Both the position numbers and the translations under genes were made by a program. The notes beneath the pieces are model-generated. The model was not told the origin of the DNA. It did not search any database and saw only the letters and a list, made by a program, of their open reading frames with translations. This document shows positions 7,648 to 17,171 of a stretch of 64,000 bases of DNA, in pieces. How positions within the stretch are numbered: the first letter of the stretch is position 1; each line of letters opens with the position of its first letter. Source of the stretch: Chloroflexota bacterium (GTDB taxonomy: Bacteria; Bacillota; Sulfobacillia; JBFLWA01; JBLNDB01); assembly GCA_050261235.1 (NCBI GenBank), contig JBLNDB010000096.1:2161-66160 (forward strand). Reading direction: 5' to 3'.

Positions 7648-8694
7648 ATGCGAAGCAATGCCGCGCGCTGGGCCGTGACCGGCCTCGTCGCTGCAGCCAC
7701 GCTGCTGCTGGCATTCCGGTTGCGGGCGGTGCTGTCGCCGTTCCTCACCGGGCTCGTCATCGCCTATCTCCTGGCGCCGGCCGCGGCCTTCTTCCAGCGC
7801 CGTGGGCTATCGCGCGGTCTGGCGGTGGCGGCGGTGTACGTGACCGTGATCGTGGTCTTCAGCCTCGTTGCCTTCTGGGTCATGCCCCGCGTCTTCGCCG
7901 AGTTGGCCAGGCTGGCCGAGAACCTGCCGGCATACACCGAGCAGATTCAGGGCCTGATTGCCCAGGCTCAGGCCAGGTACGAGTTCGTCCCGCCGTCGGT
8001 GCGGCAGGTAATCGAGCAGACCGCGGCCGACCTCGGCGCCGGGCTGATGACGGCAGTCAAGACCGCCATCCAGGGGAGCGCCGGATTCGTCTCCGGCCTT
8101 GCCAATTTCGTCTTCGCGTGGATCGTCTCCGTCTACTTCCTGCTTGACTGGCGGAAGATCGGGCAGCGCTGCCTGGCTCTGCTGCCGCTCGCGTCGCGCC
8201 CGGTGGCGGAGCAGCTCGCCGCTGACCTGGACGATCTCCTGGGTGGCTACCTGCGCGGAATGGCCATGCTCGCGGCCATCACCGGCGTCGCCTCGGGGTT
8301 CATCGTGCTCATTGCCGGCCTCCGGTTCGCGTTGCTGTTCGGCATCCTGTCGGCGGTCGGCGAGTTCATCCCGTACTTCGGCCCGCTCGCCGCGGCCGCC
8401 GCGCCGATCATCATGGCATGGTTGCGCTCGCCGGCGCTGGCGCTCAAGGTCGCCATCGCCTACATCATAGTCCAGCAGATCCAGTCGAATGTCATCTCGC
8501 CGAAGGTGGTCGGCGACCGGCTCGGCCTGCACCCGCTGGCCATTCTGTTCGCTCTGCTCGCCGGCCAGTCGCTGTTCGGCGTTCCCGGAATGCTGCTCGC
8601 GGCGCCGGTTGCCGGCATGCTCGGCATCCTCATCCGCTACGCCAGCCGCTGGTTGCCCGGCAGCCGCCCGGCGACCGGCGGCGGCAGCCCGTAG
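7648..8694 (+). CDS. AI-2E family transporter (PerM/UPF0118 family permease)
   Basis: Polytopic membrane protein with the typical AI-2E layout. The start at 7648 (MRSNAARW) is preceded by ggagagggggagagggc. An alternative ATG lies at 7615. Confidence 0.8.
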   Translation: MRSNAARWAVTGLVAAATLLLAFRLRAVLSPFLTGLVIAYLLAPAAAFFQRRGLSRGLAVAAVYVTVIVVFSLVAFWVMPRVFAELARLAENLPAYTEQIQGLIAQAQARYEFVPPSVRQVIEQTAADLGAGLMTAVKTAIQGSAGFVSGLANFVFAWIVSVYFLLDWRKIGQRCLALLPLASRPVAEQLAADLDDLLGGYLRGMAMLAAITGVASGFIVLIAGLRFALLFGILSAVGEFIPYFGPLAAAAAPIIMAWLRSPALALKVAIAYIIVQQIQSNVISPKVVGDRLGLHPLAILFALLAGQSLFGVPGMLLAAPVAGMLGILIRYASRWLPGSRPATGGGSP

Positions 8695-8741
8695 GAGGCG
8701 CCTGGTGCGGCGACACAGACGGACTGACCGGATTGACAGCA

Positions 8742-8770
8742 CAGCGCCCCGGCCATTGGCCGGGGCGCTG
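8742..8770. terminator. Perfect palindrome cagcgccccggcc-a-ttggccggggcgctg between two convergent genes (candidate bidirectional terminator)
   Basis: Seen directly in the sequence. It sits between the AI-2E transporter (+) and mntH (-). Confidence 0.5.
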
Positions 8771-8819
8771 ATATTGCCAGACAGGCTCCGGGGCCTGCCG
8801 CGCGGGCCGCTCCGCTGGT

Positions 8820-10136
8820 TCAGGCCGGCATCCAGCCGGCGCTCTGGGCGATCGTGAAGCCGAGCAGCGCCACCGTCATGGCGATCAGCATGATCGCCTG
8901 GCCCCAGCCGATGACGTTCATCAGCGGCGAGTTCGTGTGGTGGCCCATCAACTTCTTGTCGTTCACCAGAATCAGCATGACGATGAGGATCAGCGGCAGG
9001 AGAATGCCGTTCAGCGTCTGCGAGAAGAGCATCGTCTTGATCAGGTTGAGCCCGGGGTTGAGTACCGCCACGACGCCGATGACGATCATCACCGTGAACA
9101 GCGTGAAGAACTCCGGCGCTTCGCTCCAGCGTCTGCCGACCGCCGACTCCCAGCCGAAGGCCTCCGAGACGGCATACGCGGTCGACAGCGGCAGCACCGT
9201 GGCGGCCATGACCGAGGCGTTGAGCAGACCAAATGCGAACAGCCCGGCGGCGTACTTGCCGGCCAGCGGACCGAGCGCCGCTGCCGCCTCGGCGGCGTCG
9301 TTGATCAGGATCCCCCGCGGAAACAGCACGGCGCCGCACGCGACAACCATGAACAGGGAGAAGAAGTCGGTCATCAACGAGCCGACAAAGGTGTCGATGC
9401 GCGCGTACTTGAGGTCCTTCAGCGTCAGCCCCTTGTCGACGACCATCGCCTGCTGGTAGAACTGCATCCACGGCGTGATCGTCGTGCCGACCATGGCGAT
9501 GAAGATGGTCAGGTAGCCGGTGTCGGTGAAAGCGAGCTTGCCGCTCGGCAGGTGGATCGTCGGCACGAAGACGTTCCGCCAGACCGCGCCCCAGTCCGGT
9601 TTGGCGAGGACGCCGGAGACGACATAGGTGAGGAACACGGCGGAGAGGATGAGCAGGATCCGCTCGACCTGATGGTAGCTGCCGCGGATGATCACCCACC
9701 AGATGACCAGGCCGAGCAGCGGGACGACGAGGTAACGGGACAGCCCGAACAGCTCGGCGCCGGCGGCGATGCCGGCGAAGTCGCTGACCGTGGTCGCGAG
9801 GTTGGCGAAGAGGAGGATGGCCATCGCGAAGAACGTGATCCTGACCCCGAACCGCTCGCGGATCAGGTCGGCCAGCCCCTTGCCGGTAACGATGCCCATG
9901 CGCGTCGACATCTCCTGGATGACGATCAGTGCGACCGTGGTCAGCAGCAGGCCCCAGAGCATCGTGTACTGATAGCGGGCGCCGACGATCGAGTAAGTCG
10001 TGATTCCGCCGGCGTCGTTGTCGACATTGCCGGTAATGATGCCCGGCCCCATGATGGCGAGGAAGACCGCGATGCGAGTCCAAAGCGCCCGCAGGCGGCT
10101 CTGCTTCCGCTTGTTGTCGAGGGTCACAGGCATCAC
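8820..10136 (-). CDS. mntH: Nramp family divalent metal (Mn2+/Fe2+) transporter
   Basis: The N-terminus MMPVTLDNKRKQSRLRALWTRIAVFLAIMGPGIITGNVDNDAGGITTYS matches the Nramp family. Protein of 438 aa. Confidence 0.9.
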   Translation of the reverse strand: MMPVTLDNKRKQSRLRALWTRIAVFLAIMGPGIITGNVDNDAGGITTYSIVGARYQYTMLWGLLLTTVALIVIQEMSTRMGIVTGKGLADLIRERFGVRITFFAMAILLFANLATTVSDFAGIAAGAELFGLSRYLVVPLLGLVIWWVIIRGSYHQVERILLILSAVFLTYVVSGVLAKPDWGAVWRNVFVPTIHLPSGKLAFTDTGYLTIFIAMVGTTITPWMQFYQQAMVVDKGLTLKDLKYARIDTFVGSLMTDFFSLFMVVACGAVLFPRGILINDAAEAAAALGPLAGKYAAGLFAFGLLNASVMAATVLPLSTAYAVSEAFGWESAVGRRWSEAPEFFTLFTVMIVIGVVAVLNPGLNLIKTMLFSQTLNGILLPLILIVMLILVNDKKLMGHHTNSPLMNVIGWGQAIMLIAMTVALLGFTIAQSAGWMPA

Positions 10137-11383
10137 CTCCGCAACCGCATCTGCCGGGTCCAGCCGCCGCGCTCCATCGCCACATCCATGACGTCATCGA
10201 TGGTGATGATGCCGCGGAGACGGTTGTCGTCGTCGACTACCGGCACTGCGAGGAAGTCATACTTGGCCATGATGTCGACCACCTCGTCCTCGCTCGCCTC
10301 GACCGGCACGGAGATGGCCGGGCCGGTCATGATCTCCCGGACAAGCGTCTCCGGTTTGGCAATGATCAGCTCGCGCAGCGACAGCACTCCCGTCAACACC
10401 CCGCGCGCGTCGACGACATAGAGATAGTAGATCGTCTCGGCGTCCGGCTCATTGGCCCGCAGCAGTTCGATGACCTCGGCAGCGGTGAGGTCCTCGGTGA
10501 TATCGATGTAGCCGGTGGTCATCAGGCCGCCGGCAGTATGCTCCGCGTAGCGCAGCAGCTCACGCACGTCGGCCTGCTCTTCTTCCGCCATCGAGGCGAG
10601 GATCGCCTCGGCCTTCTCCGGTGGCATCTCGGCCAGCAGGTCGGCAACGTCGTCCGGCGACATCTCCTCGAGGATATCGGCAGCGCGCTCCGTGCCAAGC
10701 TGATCGAGAATGTGCTCCTGATCGGCGGCCTCGTCGACCTCGGACAGCGTCTCGGCGGCGCTCTCATCATCGAGCGAGCTGAACAGGGCCACCTGTTCAT
10801 GGCGGTCAAGGTCCTCGACGATGTCGGCCAGATCAGCCGGGTGCATGTCAGCCAGCTTGCGCGACGACATGCTGAGTCTGAGCGGGCTGCCCGCCGAGCC
10901 AAGCGGCTCGACCAGCGCCCAACTGATCAGGCGTGACGCCGGCCGCCAGACGCCACCGGTGAGCAGCGGGAACAGCTTCGGTCCGAGCAGGCGACGGACG
11001 AAGCCGCGGGCCCCGGCGTCGACTGCCGAGACGCGGCAACCCTTCACGCCCCAGCGCAACTCGATGTCGTTCACGCGGACGACTTTCGCGCCCTTGACGT
11101 CGATGATCTGCTTGTCCAGGACATCGCGCCCGAGGAGAATGTGGCTGACCAGTTCGCGGTAGGGCGTTGCATCGTCCATCGACCCATCGACGACGAAGCG
11201 TGCTTCCTCGTGTCGCCAACCGGCGCCGTCGATGGCCAGCAGACGGCCGTCCGCGCCGTTGATGATCACCAGAGTGATCGTCGCCTGCGGATCCTTGGCC
11301 AGCATCACCAGATCCCGGATTCGCCCGAGCACGCGTCCACTCTGGTCATAGACTCGCTGGCCGAGCACATCGCTGACGAACAT
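10133..11383 (-). CDS. Cytoplasmic protein with a PRC-barrel-like N-terminus, an MgtE N-terminal domain and a CBS pair, lacking the MgtE channel domain
   Basis: Contains the MgtE_N-like acidic helical region (ADLADIVEDLDRHEQVALFSSLDDESAAETLSEVDEAADQEHILDQL...) and tandem CBS motifs. No transmembrane segment is present. Its stop overlaps the mntH start (4-nt overlap). The ATG at 11383 is 11 nt after GGAGG. Confidence 0.8.
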   Translation of the reverse strand: MFVSDVLGQRVYDQSGRVLGRIRDLVMLAKDPQATITLVIINGADGRLLAIDGAGWRHEEARFVVDGSMDDATPYRELVSHILLGRDVLDKQIIDVKGAKVVRVNDIELRWGVKGCRVSAVDAGARGFVRRLLGPKLFPLLTGGVWRPASRLISWALVEPLGSAGSPLRLSMSSRKLADMHPADLADIVEDLDRHEQVALFSSLDDESAAETLSEVDEAADQEHILDQLGTERAADILEEMSPDDVADLLAEMPPEKAEAILASMAEEEQADVRELLRYAEHTAGGLMTTGYIDITEDLTAAEVIELLRANEPDAETIYYLYVVDARGVLTGVLSLRELIIAKPETLVREIMTGPAISVPVEASEDEVVDIMAKYDFLAVPVVDDDNRLRGIITIDDVMDVAMERGGWTRQMRLRR

Positions 11384-11412
11384 CAGGAAGCACACCTCCC
11401 CTGGGGCCGGGG

Positions 11413-12321
11413 CTAGAGTTGCGGAATCGCGATGCCGAGATCCGGTGGCAGCTCCTGTGGCAACTGGTTCAGGAAGAATACCGCGACCGTTCCCGGTCCG
11501 GCGTGCGAGCCGATGGCGGCGCCGACCTCCGAGATGACGAACTTGTCGCAGCCGTATGCCTCCCGGATCATGTCGCGCAAGCGCTCGGCGATGCTGCGGT
11601 CGGCCGCGAAGTTGATGCCGATGGTCTGCTCACGCAGTTCGACGCCGCGTTCGCCCATCAACTCGATCAGGCGCCGGAGCGCCTTCTTCTCGCCGCGGGC
11701 GTTCTCGAGCGAGTGAATCCTGCCCTCGACGAAGTGGAGGATCGGCCTGACGTCGAGCATGCCGCCGATGACCGCCTTCGCCTTGCTGATGCGGCCGCCG
11801 CGCTGGAGCATCTCGAGCGAACCGGCGACGAACAGGTGCTCCATATGCTTGCTGAGGAACCTGACCGCGTCTGCGATTCGCGCACGCGATTCGCCGCGGT
11901 CTGCCATCGCGGCCGCTGCCAGGACTATCAGACCCTGCCCGACAGACGCCGCCAGCGAGTCAATTACCTCGATCCGGTCGGCAGCTACCGCCGCGCGCGC
12001 CAGGCAGGCGGACTCATACGTGCCGCTGAGCCCGCTCGAGAAGGCGATGTAGATCAGCTCCTCATGCTCGCGGAGCGCCGCCTCGAAAGTTGTGATGAAG
12101 CTTGCCGGGGGAATCTGCGACGTGCGCGGCACCAGCGTCCGATCAGCGGCGATGCGCTGGTAGAACTCATGTGGCGGCATGTCGTCCCGGTCGCCATATG
12201 TCTCATTGCCGAGAGTGACAAGAATTGGCAGCTGAATGACACCGATCGCATTGCAGAGCGAGCGGTCCAAGTCGCAGCCGCTGTCAGTCATGATGCCGAC
12301 CTTCGCCAGTCTGTCAGCCAT
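11413..12321 (-). CDS. DegV family fatty-acid-binding protein
   Basis: DegV/DUF194 fold signatures (MADRLAKVGIMTDSGCDL..., SGLSGTYESA). It is the first gene of the apparent degV - CBS/MgtE_N - mntH transcription unit. Confidence 0.85.
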   Translation of the reverse strand: MADRLAKVGIMTDSGCDLDRSLCNAIGVIQLPILVTLGNETYGDRDDMPPHEFYQRIAADRTLVPRTSQIPPASFITTFEAALREHEELIYIAFSSGLSGTYESACLARAAVAADRIEVIDSLAASVGQGLIVLAAAAMADRGESRARIADAVRFLSKHMEHLFVAGSLEMLQRGGRISKAKAVIGGMLDVRPILHFVEGRIHSLENARGEKKALRRLIELMGERGVELREQTIGINFAADRSIAERLRDMIREAYGCDKFVISEVGAAIGSHAGPGTVAVFFLNQLPQELPPDLGIAIPQL

Positions 12322-12584
12322 TTCGTCCCCTCCTTACATTACATTGCACTTGTTGGAACCGCAAGACACGCCTGTCACCGGTCATCGTTGCTGTCTTCGT
12401 TGTCGGTCATGGCAAGAGTTGGATCATGGTCGTCATTCCCTCCAAGAAGTGGCAATATGCTCATCCAGCACAGTGATTCGCAAATCGAACGGCCGTCTCC
12501 TTTCGCACAGATGTCAATCGTCTTGCCAGAGTCGCCGAGTGTGCCGCGCAAGCGATTCGTCGCCGCGTTCGCGGGCCGACTCAC

Positions 12585-12613
12585 TTGAGAGCGCGCGACA
12601 CATATGCTATGAT
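12585..12613 (+). promoter_or_regulatory. Sigma-A-like promoter for tRNA-Leu(CAA): TTGAGA, 17 nt, TATGAT
   Basis: -35 TTGAGA at 12585-12590 and -10 TATGAT at 12608-12613, 19 nt upstream of the tRNA 5' end. Confidence 0.5.
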
Positions 12614-12631
12614 GATAGGCGCGAGGCGAAC

Positions 12632-12716
12632 GCCGAAGTGGCGGAATTGGCAGACGCGCTCGACTCAAAATCGAGAGTGGTTACCCCACGTGCGGGTTCA
12701 AGTCCCGCCTTCGGCA
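12632..12716 (+). tRNA. tRNA-Leu (anticodon CAA), type II with a long variable arm
   Basis: Cloverleaf read by hand. Acceptor GCCGAAG/CTTCGGC, D-arm GGCGGAATTGGCAGAC, anticodon stem CTCGA/TCGAG with loop CT-CAA-AA, long variable arm, T-arm GCGGGTTCAAGTCCCGC. Confidence 0.9.
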
Positions 12717-12725
12717 CAACAAACA

Positions 12726-12755
12726 CAAGCGCCGGCCCTTACGGGTCGGCGCTTG
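12726..12755. terminator. Hairpin caagcgccggccc-tta-cgggtcggcgcttg between the tRNA and the convergent CPBP protease gene
   Basis: Inverted repeat seen directly. The T tract is weak. Confidence 0.35.
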
Positions 12756-12773
12756 TTGCGCAGGCGCCACGCC

Positions 12774-13550
12774 TTACTCTTCCGCCGGCAGCAGCTCAGT
12801 AGCCGCCTCCCGCTCGGTCACCGTGCTTCGCACTGGGGCGCTGCCGCCCAGGAACCGCAGGCGCACACAGCCGAGGACGACGATGGCGGCCCCCAGATTG
12901 ACCAGCGCCCCGTAGACCGATTCGGCCTCGGCAGTGATCAACTGGACCGGTGAGATTGACTGCATGATCAAGGTGTCGACGACATTCCACCATTGGTGGA
13001 AGCCGACGGCCCAGAGCAGCGACCGGCCGTCGCGGACGCTTGTCCCCATGGCAAGGGCAAGCACTGTCACCATGGCCAGCCTGATCAGCATGTTGGTCGC
13101 TGCCGGCCAGGCCAGGATATGCATCGGCCCAAACAGGGCGGCCTGCGCGGCAATCGCCAGTCCGATGCCGTACTTTGCCGCCAGGCGATCCTGAACGTAG
13201 CCACGGAACAGGCCTTCCTCGAACACCGCGACTGGCAGATAGCCGACCGCCGTCCAGCCGAGCGCGGCCCAGAAGCCGTGCCCGGGTGCGTGCAGGGCGA
13301 CGCTGCCGTGCCCGGTCAGCACCAGGAACAGGCCGCGCAGGAGCCAGCTGCCGATGGCTGCGGCCGCACCTTCGGCCCAGAGAACCAGCCCCTCCACGCT
13401 CAGCCTCATCCTGAACGAGCGGATTCCCTCATGGCAGGTCATCATCCGGACGACCACTACGGCTGCAAAGAAGGTCCAGTTGGCGAGAGCCAGGTTGATG
13501 GCACTGCCTGCATCCACGTCTGCGTTTCCTCCTGCAAATGTTGCATCCAC
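12774..13550 (-). CDS. CPBP family intramembrane glutamic endopeptidase (CAAX protease/Abi family)
   Basis: Multi-TM protein carrying the CPBP motifs FEEGLFRGY and FGPMHI. Confidence 0.75.
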   Translation of the reverse strand: MDATFAGGNADVDAGSAINLALANWTFFAAVVVVRMMTCHEGIRSFRMRLSVEGLVLWAEGAAAAIGSWLLRGLFLVLTGHGSVALHAPGHGFWAALGWTAVGYLPVAVFEEGLFRGYVQDRLAAKYGIGLAIAAQAALFGPMHILAWPAATNMLIRLAMVTVLALAMGTSVRDGRSLLWAVGFHQWWNVVDTLIMQSISPVQLITAEAESVYGALVNLGAAIVVLGCVRLRFLGGSAPVRSTVTEREAATELLPAEE

Positions 13551-13629
13551 GCTTGGGTTCTCGCAATATTCGCGCGACTTGTGTCGATATCCTCCCGGCG
13601 CGCGAAAGATGCCTGCACGTCAGAAGCGG

Positions 13630-13658
13630 TTGCTTGGCTTCATTGGGTGTGTTATTAT
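13630..13658 (+). promoter_or_regulatory. Candidate sigma-A promoter for pckA (TTGCTT, 17 nt, TATTAT)
   Basis: Hexamers read directly from the sequence, 65 nt upstream of the pckA ATG. Confidence 0.35.
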
Positions 13659-13722
13659 CAAGGCGTATGGCGATGTGCCAAGTCGCCCAAATACGTCCGG
13701 AGGAACTAGGAGGTTGCAGTCC

Positions 13723-15291
13723 ATGCGCGGCTCGCTAGACTCTCTCGGAATCATCAACGCGAAGGTCCACTTCAACTTGCCCGTCCCGCGCCTTGTCGAA
13801 ATGGCCCTGGATCGCAAGGAAGGCGTTCTGGCGCCCAATGGCGCGATGACGGTGGCGACCGGCAAGTACACCGGCCGCTCGCCCAACGACAAGTTCGTTG
13901 TCGACCTGCCGTCGATCCATGATCAGATCGACTGGAAGAACAACCAGCCGATGTGCCCGGAGAAGTTCGACCATCTGTACAACCGGCTCGTCGCCTACCT
14001 GCAGAACCGCGAACTGTTCGTGTTCGACGGTTTCGCCGGCGCGGACAAGTCCCAGCGGCTGTCAGTCCGGTTTGTCAACGAGCTCGCATGGCAGAACCTG
14101 TTCGTCCACCAGCTGTTCATCCGCCCGACGGCCGAGGAACTGGCGGCTCACGAGCCGAACTTCACCGTCATCTGCGCGCCTGGCTTCCACGCCATCCCGG
14201 CAGTCGACGGCACCAAGTCCGAGGCGTTCATCGCACTCCATTTCGAGAAGCGTCTCGTCATCATCGGCGGCACCAGCTACGCCGGTGAGATGAAGAAGTC
14301 CATCTTCACCGTCATGAACTACTTCATGCCGCTTGCCGGCACGGCCACCATGCACTGCTCGGCCAACGTCGGCAAGGCGGGCGATGTCGCTCTGTTCTTC
14401 GGCCTCTCCGGCACCGGCAAGACCACCCTGTCGGCGGATCCCGACCGCTTCATCGTCGGTGATGACGAGCATGGCTGGAACGACAGCGGCATCTTCAACT
14501 ACGAGGGCGGCTGCTACGCCAAGTGCATCAAGCTGTCCAAGGAGAACGAGCCGCTCATCTGGAGCGCCATCCGCTTCGGTTCAGTGCTCGAGAACGTCGT
14601 CTACGATCCGGAGACGCGCGAACTGGACTATGACAGCGATCGGCTGACCGAGAACACGCGCGTCGCATACCCGGTCGAGTTCATCCCCGGCGCCGTCATT
14701 CCCGGTGTCGCCGGCCATCCGAAGACGATCTGCTTCCTCACCGCCGATGCGTTCGGCGTCCTGCCGCCGATCAGCAAGCTGACCCCGGAAGGCCTGATGT
14801 ATCACTTCCTGTCCGGCTACACCAGCAAGCTCGCCGGCACCGAGCGCGGCATCACCGAGCCGCAGGCCACTTTCTCGACCTGCTTCGGCGCCCCGTTCCT
14901 GCCTCACTTCCCGCTCCAGTACGCCGAGTTGCTCGCGAAGAAGGCCTCGGAACACAACACCAGCGTGTTCCTGGTCAACACCGGCTGGACCGGCGGCCCG
15001 TACGGCGTCGGCCATCGCATGAGCATCAAGCACACCCGCGCCATGGTCGCGGCAGCGCTCAACGGCGAACTGGACAAGGTCAGCTACACCATCGACCCGA
15101 TCTTCAACGTCGCGGTCCCGGACAGCTGCCCGAACGTCCCGGCCGAGGTCCTCAAGCCGCGCGAAGCCTGGGCTGACAAGGAAGCCTATGACAAGACCGC
15201 CAAGGCTCTGGCCGCCCGCTTCGTCAAGAACTTCGCGACCGCATTCGAGGGGATGCCCGACAAGGTCATCGCCGCCGGTCCGAAGGCCTGA
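13723..15291 (+). CDS. pckA: Phosphoenolpyruvate carboxykinase (ATP)
   Basis: ATG at 13723 follows aggagg. The body shows ATP-PEPCK motifs including the kinase-1a P-loop GLSGTGKTT, plus [12 protein letters not shown] and [13 protein letters not shown]. Confidence 0.9.
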   Translation: MRGSLDSLGIINAKVHFNLPVPRLVEMALDRKEGVLAPNGAMTVATGKYTGRSPNDKFVVDLPSIHDQIDWKNNQPMCPEKFDHLYNRLVAYLQNRELFVFDGFAGADKSQRLSVRFVNELAWQNLFVHQLFIRPTAEELAAHEPNFTVICAPGFHAIPAVDGTKSEAFIALHFEKRLVIIGGTSYAGEMKKSIFTVMNYFMPLAGTATMHCSANVGKAGDVALFFGLSGTGKTTLSADPDRFIVGDDEHGWNDSGIFNYEGGCYAKCIKLSKENEPLIWSAIRFGSVLENVVYDPETRELDYDSDRLTENTRVAYPVEFIPGAVIPGVAGHPKTICFLTADAFGVLPPISKLTPEGLMYHFLSGYTSKLAGTERGITEPQATFSTCFGAPFLPHFPLQYAELLAKKASEHNTSVFLVNTGWTGGPYGVGHRMSIKHTRAMVAAALNGELDKVSYTIDPIFNVAVPDSCPNVPAEVLKPREAWADKEAYDKTAKALAARFVKNFATAFEGMPDKVIAAGPKA

Positions 15292-15359
15292 ACGCAACGC
15301 CAAAGCCGCACCTCCAGATGGGGTGCGGCTTTCTTGTCTGATGGAAAGGGGCTGTCGCC

Positions 15360-16265
15360 GTGCCGGTTGCGCTTCAGGCCGTGCTCGTGCCGCTGTTCTG
15401 GTCGATGGTGTTTCCGTTGTCGAAAGTCATCATGCGCGACTTTCCGCCGCTCACTCTGGCTGCGCTGCGCTATGTCCTCGGCGCCGCCTTCCTGACCGTC
15501 CTGGCCGTGCGCCGCGGCGGCAAGACCGAGCTACTCAGACTGGTTCGCCGGCAGTGGCCGGCGCTGTTCGCGCTCGGACTGGCAGCCATCGTCTCGAACG
15601 CGGCTCAGGTCGTCGGCCTTCGCTTCGCCACCGCCGCCGTCGGGTCGATCATCGGCGCCACGTCGCCGGTCTACTCGACTGTCCTGGCAGCGGTCTTCCT
15701 GCGCGAGCGGATTGGCCTGGCCCAGGTCACCGGCCTGTTTCTGGCACTCGCCGGCGTCAGTGCCATCGCCCTCGGCGGGCCGGCGGGCAGCGGCGGCACG
15801 ACGCCGCTCGGCGTCATCCTGATGTTTGTCGGAGCGCTGGCCTATTCGGTCTACACTGTGCTCGGCAAGCGGCATGACGCCTCATCGCTGCCGGTCTTGG
15901 CCATCAGCACATGGCTCGGCGTCATCCCGCTCTGTCTGGCGGCGTTGTTGGTCGAGCCGGCCGTCCCGGCTGTCGCTCAGGCCGGACTCCGGTCCTGGCT
16001 CGCGCTGCTGGCGCTGGCCGCGCTGCCGACGGCGATTGCCGTCATCTGGTTCTTCTCCCTGGTCGCCCGCATCGGCGCGGCGCGGGCTTCGCTCATCCTC
16101 TACCTCGTGCCGGTGTTCGGGCTCGTCCAGTCGCGGTTCCTGCTCGGCGAGCGCATCACCTGGCCGCTGATCGTCGGTGCGCTGGTCTCGGTGGTCGGTG
16201 TGGCCATCGCCCAACCGCGCGGCGTCAGCGGGTCGGGTCGGCGGCCAGATCGAACACCTGCGTGA
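15360..16265 (+). CDS. DMT superfamily (EamA-like) transporter
   Basis: Ten predicted TM helices and a duplicated EamA-like architecture. GTG start. Confidence 0.75.
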   Translation: MPVALQAVLVPLFWSMVFPLSKVIMRDFPPLTLAALRYVLGAAFLTVLAVRRGGKTELLRLVRRQWPALFALGLAAIVSNAAQVVGLRFATAAVGSIIGATSPVYSTVLAAVFLRERIGLAQVTGLFLALAGVSAIALGGPAGSGGTTPLGVILMFVGALAYSVYTVLGKRHDASSLPVLAISTWLGVIPLCLAALLVEPAVPAVAQAGLRSWLALLALAALPTAIAVIWFFSLVARIGAARASLILYLVPVFGLVQSRFLLGERITWPLIVGALVSVVGVAIAQPRGVSGSGRRPDRTPA

Positions 16266-16791
16266 TCTCACGGATGATGCCGCTGACGTTGTCCTGGAAG
16301 TCGGTCAGATCCTCCGCCACCGCCAGCGGTTCGCCCGATCCCAGTTGGTTGCAGCTCGGCACGTGCATCTCCCACGACCATTCAAGCACGTAGATGCTGT
16401 CGATGGCCACGTTGACCATGTCGCTCGTCGCCGTCCGCGAGTAACGCTGGTGGATGTTGATCGCCGGCTCCTGGTCGATGATGCCGCTGACGGCTCGCAG
16501 CAGATCCGGCGGCGAGTACTTGACAAGGTTGATCGGCAGCGAGACCTCGATCAGGACCTCGACCGTTCCATCGGCATCGACCTCGGTCAGGGTGATGTCG
16601 GCGACCGGCGTCATGCGGTCGGCGACCTCATCGCCGCGGTACGGATGCTTGTAGATGGCGATGCGGCCGGTTACCTCCGGAATCGCCCTGCCTTCGATGA
16701 ATTCGAAGTTGCTGCTGATTTCATGTTCATAGCCGGTAGCGGTGGTGAGCACATGTTTGAACTGGTCGATGCAATTGCCGATGCAGCGCAT
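16225..16791 (-). CDS. Hypothetical protein, 188 aa; its 3' end overlaps the convergent EamA gene by 41 nt
   Basis: The ORF has protein-like, non-repetitive composition. A distant resemblance to small alpha/beta decarboxylase-like folds is uncertain, and no motif could be assigned. Confidence 0.5.
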   Translation of the reverse strand: MRCIGNCIDQFKHVLTTATGYEHEISSNFEFIEGRAIPEVTGRIAIYKHPYRGDEVADRMTPVADITLTEVDADGTVEVLIEVSLPINLVKYSPPDLLRAVSGIIDQEPAINIHQRYSRTATSDMVNVAIDSIYVLEWSWEMHVPSCNQLGSGEPLAVAEDLTDFQDNVSGIIREITQVFDLAADPTR

Positions 16792-16910
16792 TGTGGTCCC
16801 TCCCGATGGCGCGGCCGCCGCAGCTTGGACGGTTCGCAGTTACCATTATAACCGCTGGCTGTCCGCCCGCAACCGCCAGCAGGCAAGACGCTGGCGCTGC
16901 CTGTCCGAGG

Positions 16911-16939
16911 TTGTAGCGGGGTCGAGCGAGGTGTATAAT
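16911..16939 (+). promoter_or_regulatory. Promoter of the TPP riboswitch/thiT unit (TTGTAG, 17 nt, TATAAT)
   Basis: -35 at 16911-16916 and -10 TATAAT at 16934-16939. Confidence 0.45.
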
Positions 16940-16974
16940 GATTGCGGAGCGATCCGCCAACCGAATAGAGTCAG

Positions 16975-17060
16975 GCCGCTAGGGGAGCTGCAAAGCTGAG
17001 ACGCGGGACACCGCAAACCCTTGGGACCCGAACTGGATAATACCAGCGTGGGGAAGTGGC
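16975..17060 (+). ncRNA. TPP (THI-box) riboswitch
   Basis: Carries the conserved THI-element blocks: CTAGGGGAGCTG...GCTGAGA...ACCC...GAACTGGATAATACCAGCGTGGGGAAG. It lies upstream of a ThiT-like ECF S-component gene. Confidence 0.8.
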
Positions 17061-17081
17061 GATCGATAACAAGACCGCAAA

Positions 17082-17110
17082 GACCGCACCCACCACGGGC
17101 GCGGTCTTTT
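17082..17110 (+). terminator. Expression-platform intrinsic terminator of the TPP riboswitch (GACCGCACCC-ACCAC-GGGCGCGGTC then TTTT)
   Basis: A 9-bp stem with one mismatch, followed by a T run, immediately 3' of the aptamer and 60 nt before the thiT start. Confidence 0.6.
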
Positions 17111-17171
17111 CCTGTCCATGGCCGCTTTATCTCCGGCGGGGGAAGCTACCAACCGCGAAGGGGGATTCGTG

